The notes beneath the pieces are model-generated. The model was given only the letters and a program-made list of their open reading frames with translations. It was not told the DNA's origin and ran no database searches. A stretch of DNA of 64,000 nt. Origin: Heterodontus francisci. Lineage: Eukaryota. Positions 63,701-64,000 of this stretch are shown here, one piece after another (position 1 is the stretch's first letter; the number at the start of each line of letters is the position of its first letter). The position numbers were made by a program, and so were the translations under genes. The stretch is taken from assembly GCF_036365525.1 (NCBI RefSeq), contig NC_090403.1, positions 54,375,095 through 54,439,094 of the forward strand, written 5' to 3'.

Positions 63701-64000
63701 AAGCCTAGTCCGATTATTAAAACAAAGTAAGCCATTAAATCTGTCTGCGAGGCTGTATGTTTGGGGTCGTTCTGTGCACCGAGCGCGTTTTAAATCTGTT
63801 TACACTATAGTTACTCTGTAATAAATCTGTTCAAAGTAAATATACAAGCTCTTAAATTTTGAATGTTTGAATGAGCAATTTGTGGAGCAAACTACTAAAA
63901 GTATTTCCAAACACACATTTATAGACAGTGAGGGGGAAATTAGGGTTTGCCTACTCTTTCGGGTCATTTCTTTTTACATTGTCTGGCGTCCACATCGAAA

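Noticed and set aside
56027-64000. miR-10 hairpin, HoxB4 and a canonical DR5 RARE expected downstream of HoxB5
   Set aside because: I did not see the mature miR-10 sequence, a PG4 ORF or a perfect DR5. Only imperfect repeats are present (TGAACT-n5-GGAACT at 59090; GGATCA-n4-AGGCCA at 61293). These features probably lie beyond the window.

Overview
Vertebrate genomic DNA, almost certainly from a cartilaginous fish (shark/ray), covering the posterior-to-central HoxB cluster. Six intact two-exon Hox genes lie on the + strand in collinear order: HoxB10 (13885-20174), HoxB9 (28645-30069), HoxB8 (39351-40436), HoxB7 (42066-44157), HoxB6 (50782-52119) and HoxB5 (54511-56026). A miR-196 hairpin sits between HoxB10 and HoxB9. 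The HoxB assignment rests on the consecutive paralogy groups 9-8-7-6-5 (gnathostome HoxA lacks 8, HoxC lacks 7, HoxD lacks 6/7), the HoxB9-type N-terminus, and no intact Hox11/12 upstream of Hox10. Clearly recognisable transposons (decayed L2 LINE with a nested insert, HE1-type V-SINE, CR1/HER1 LINE 3' end) are confined to the first ~2.9 kb. The remaining non-coding DNA holds Hox promoter/enhancer-like blocks, CTCF-like motifs and miR-196 target sites. The best leads are: in-frame tandem splice acceptors in the hexapeptide-homeodomain linker of HoxB5, B6, B7 and B8; a possible decayed posterior homeobox near 8.9 kb; a miR-196 site in HoxB8 whose three mismatches are all G:U; uORFs at the HoxB9 start; and two candidate non-coding leader exons. 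All coordinates were read by hand and no database searches were run.
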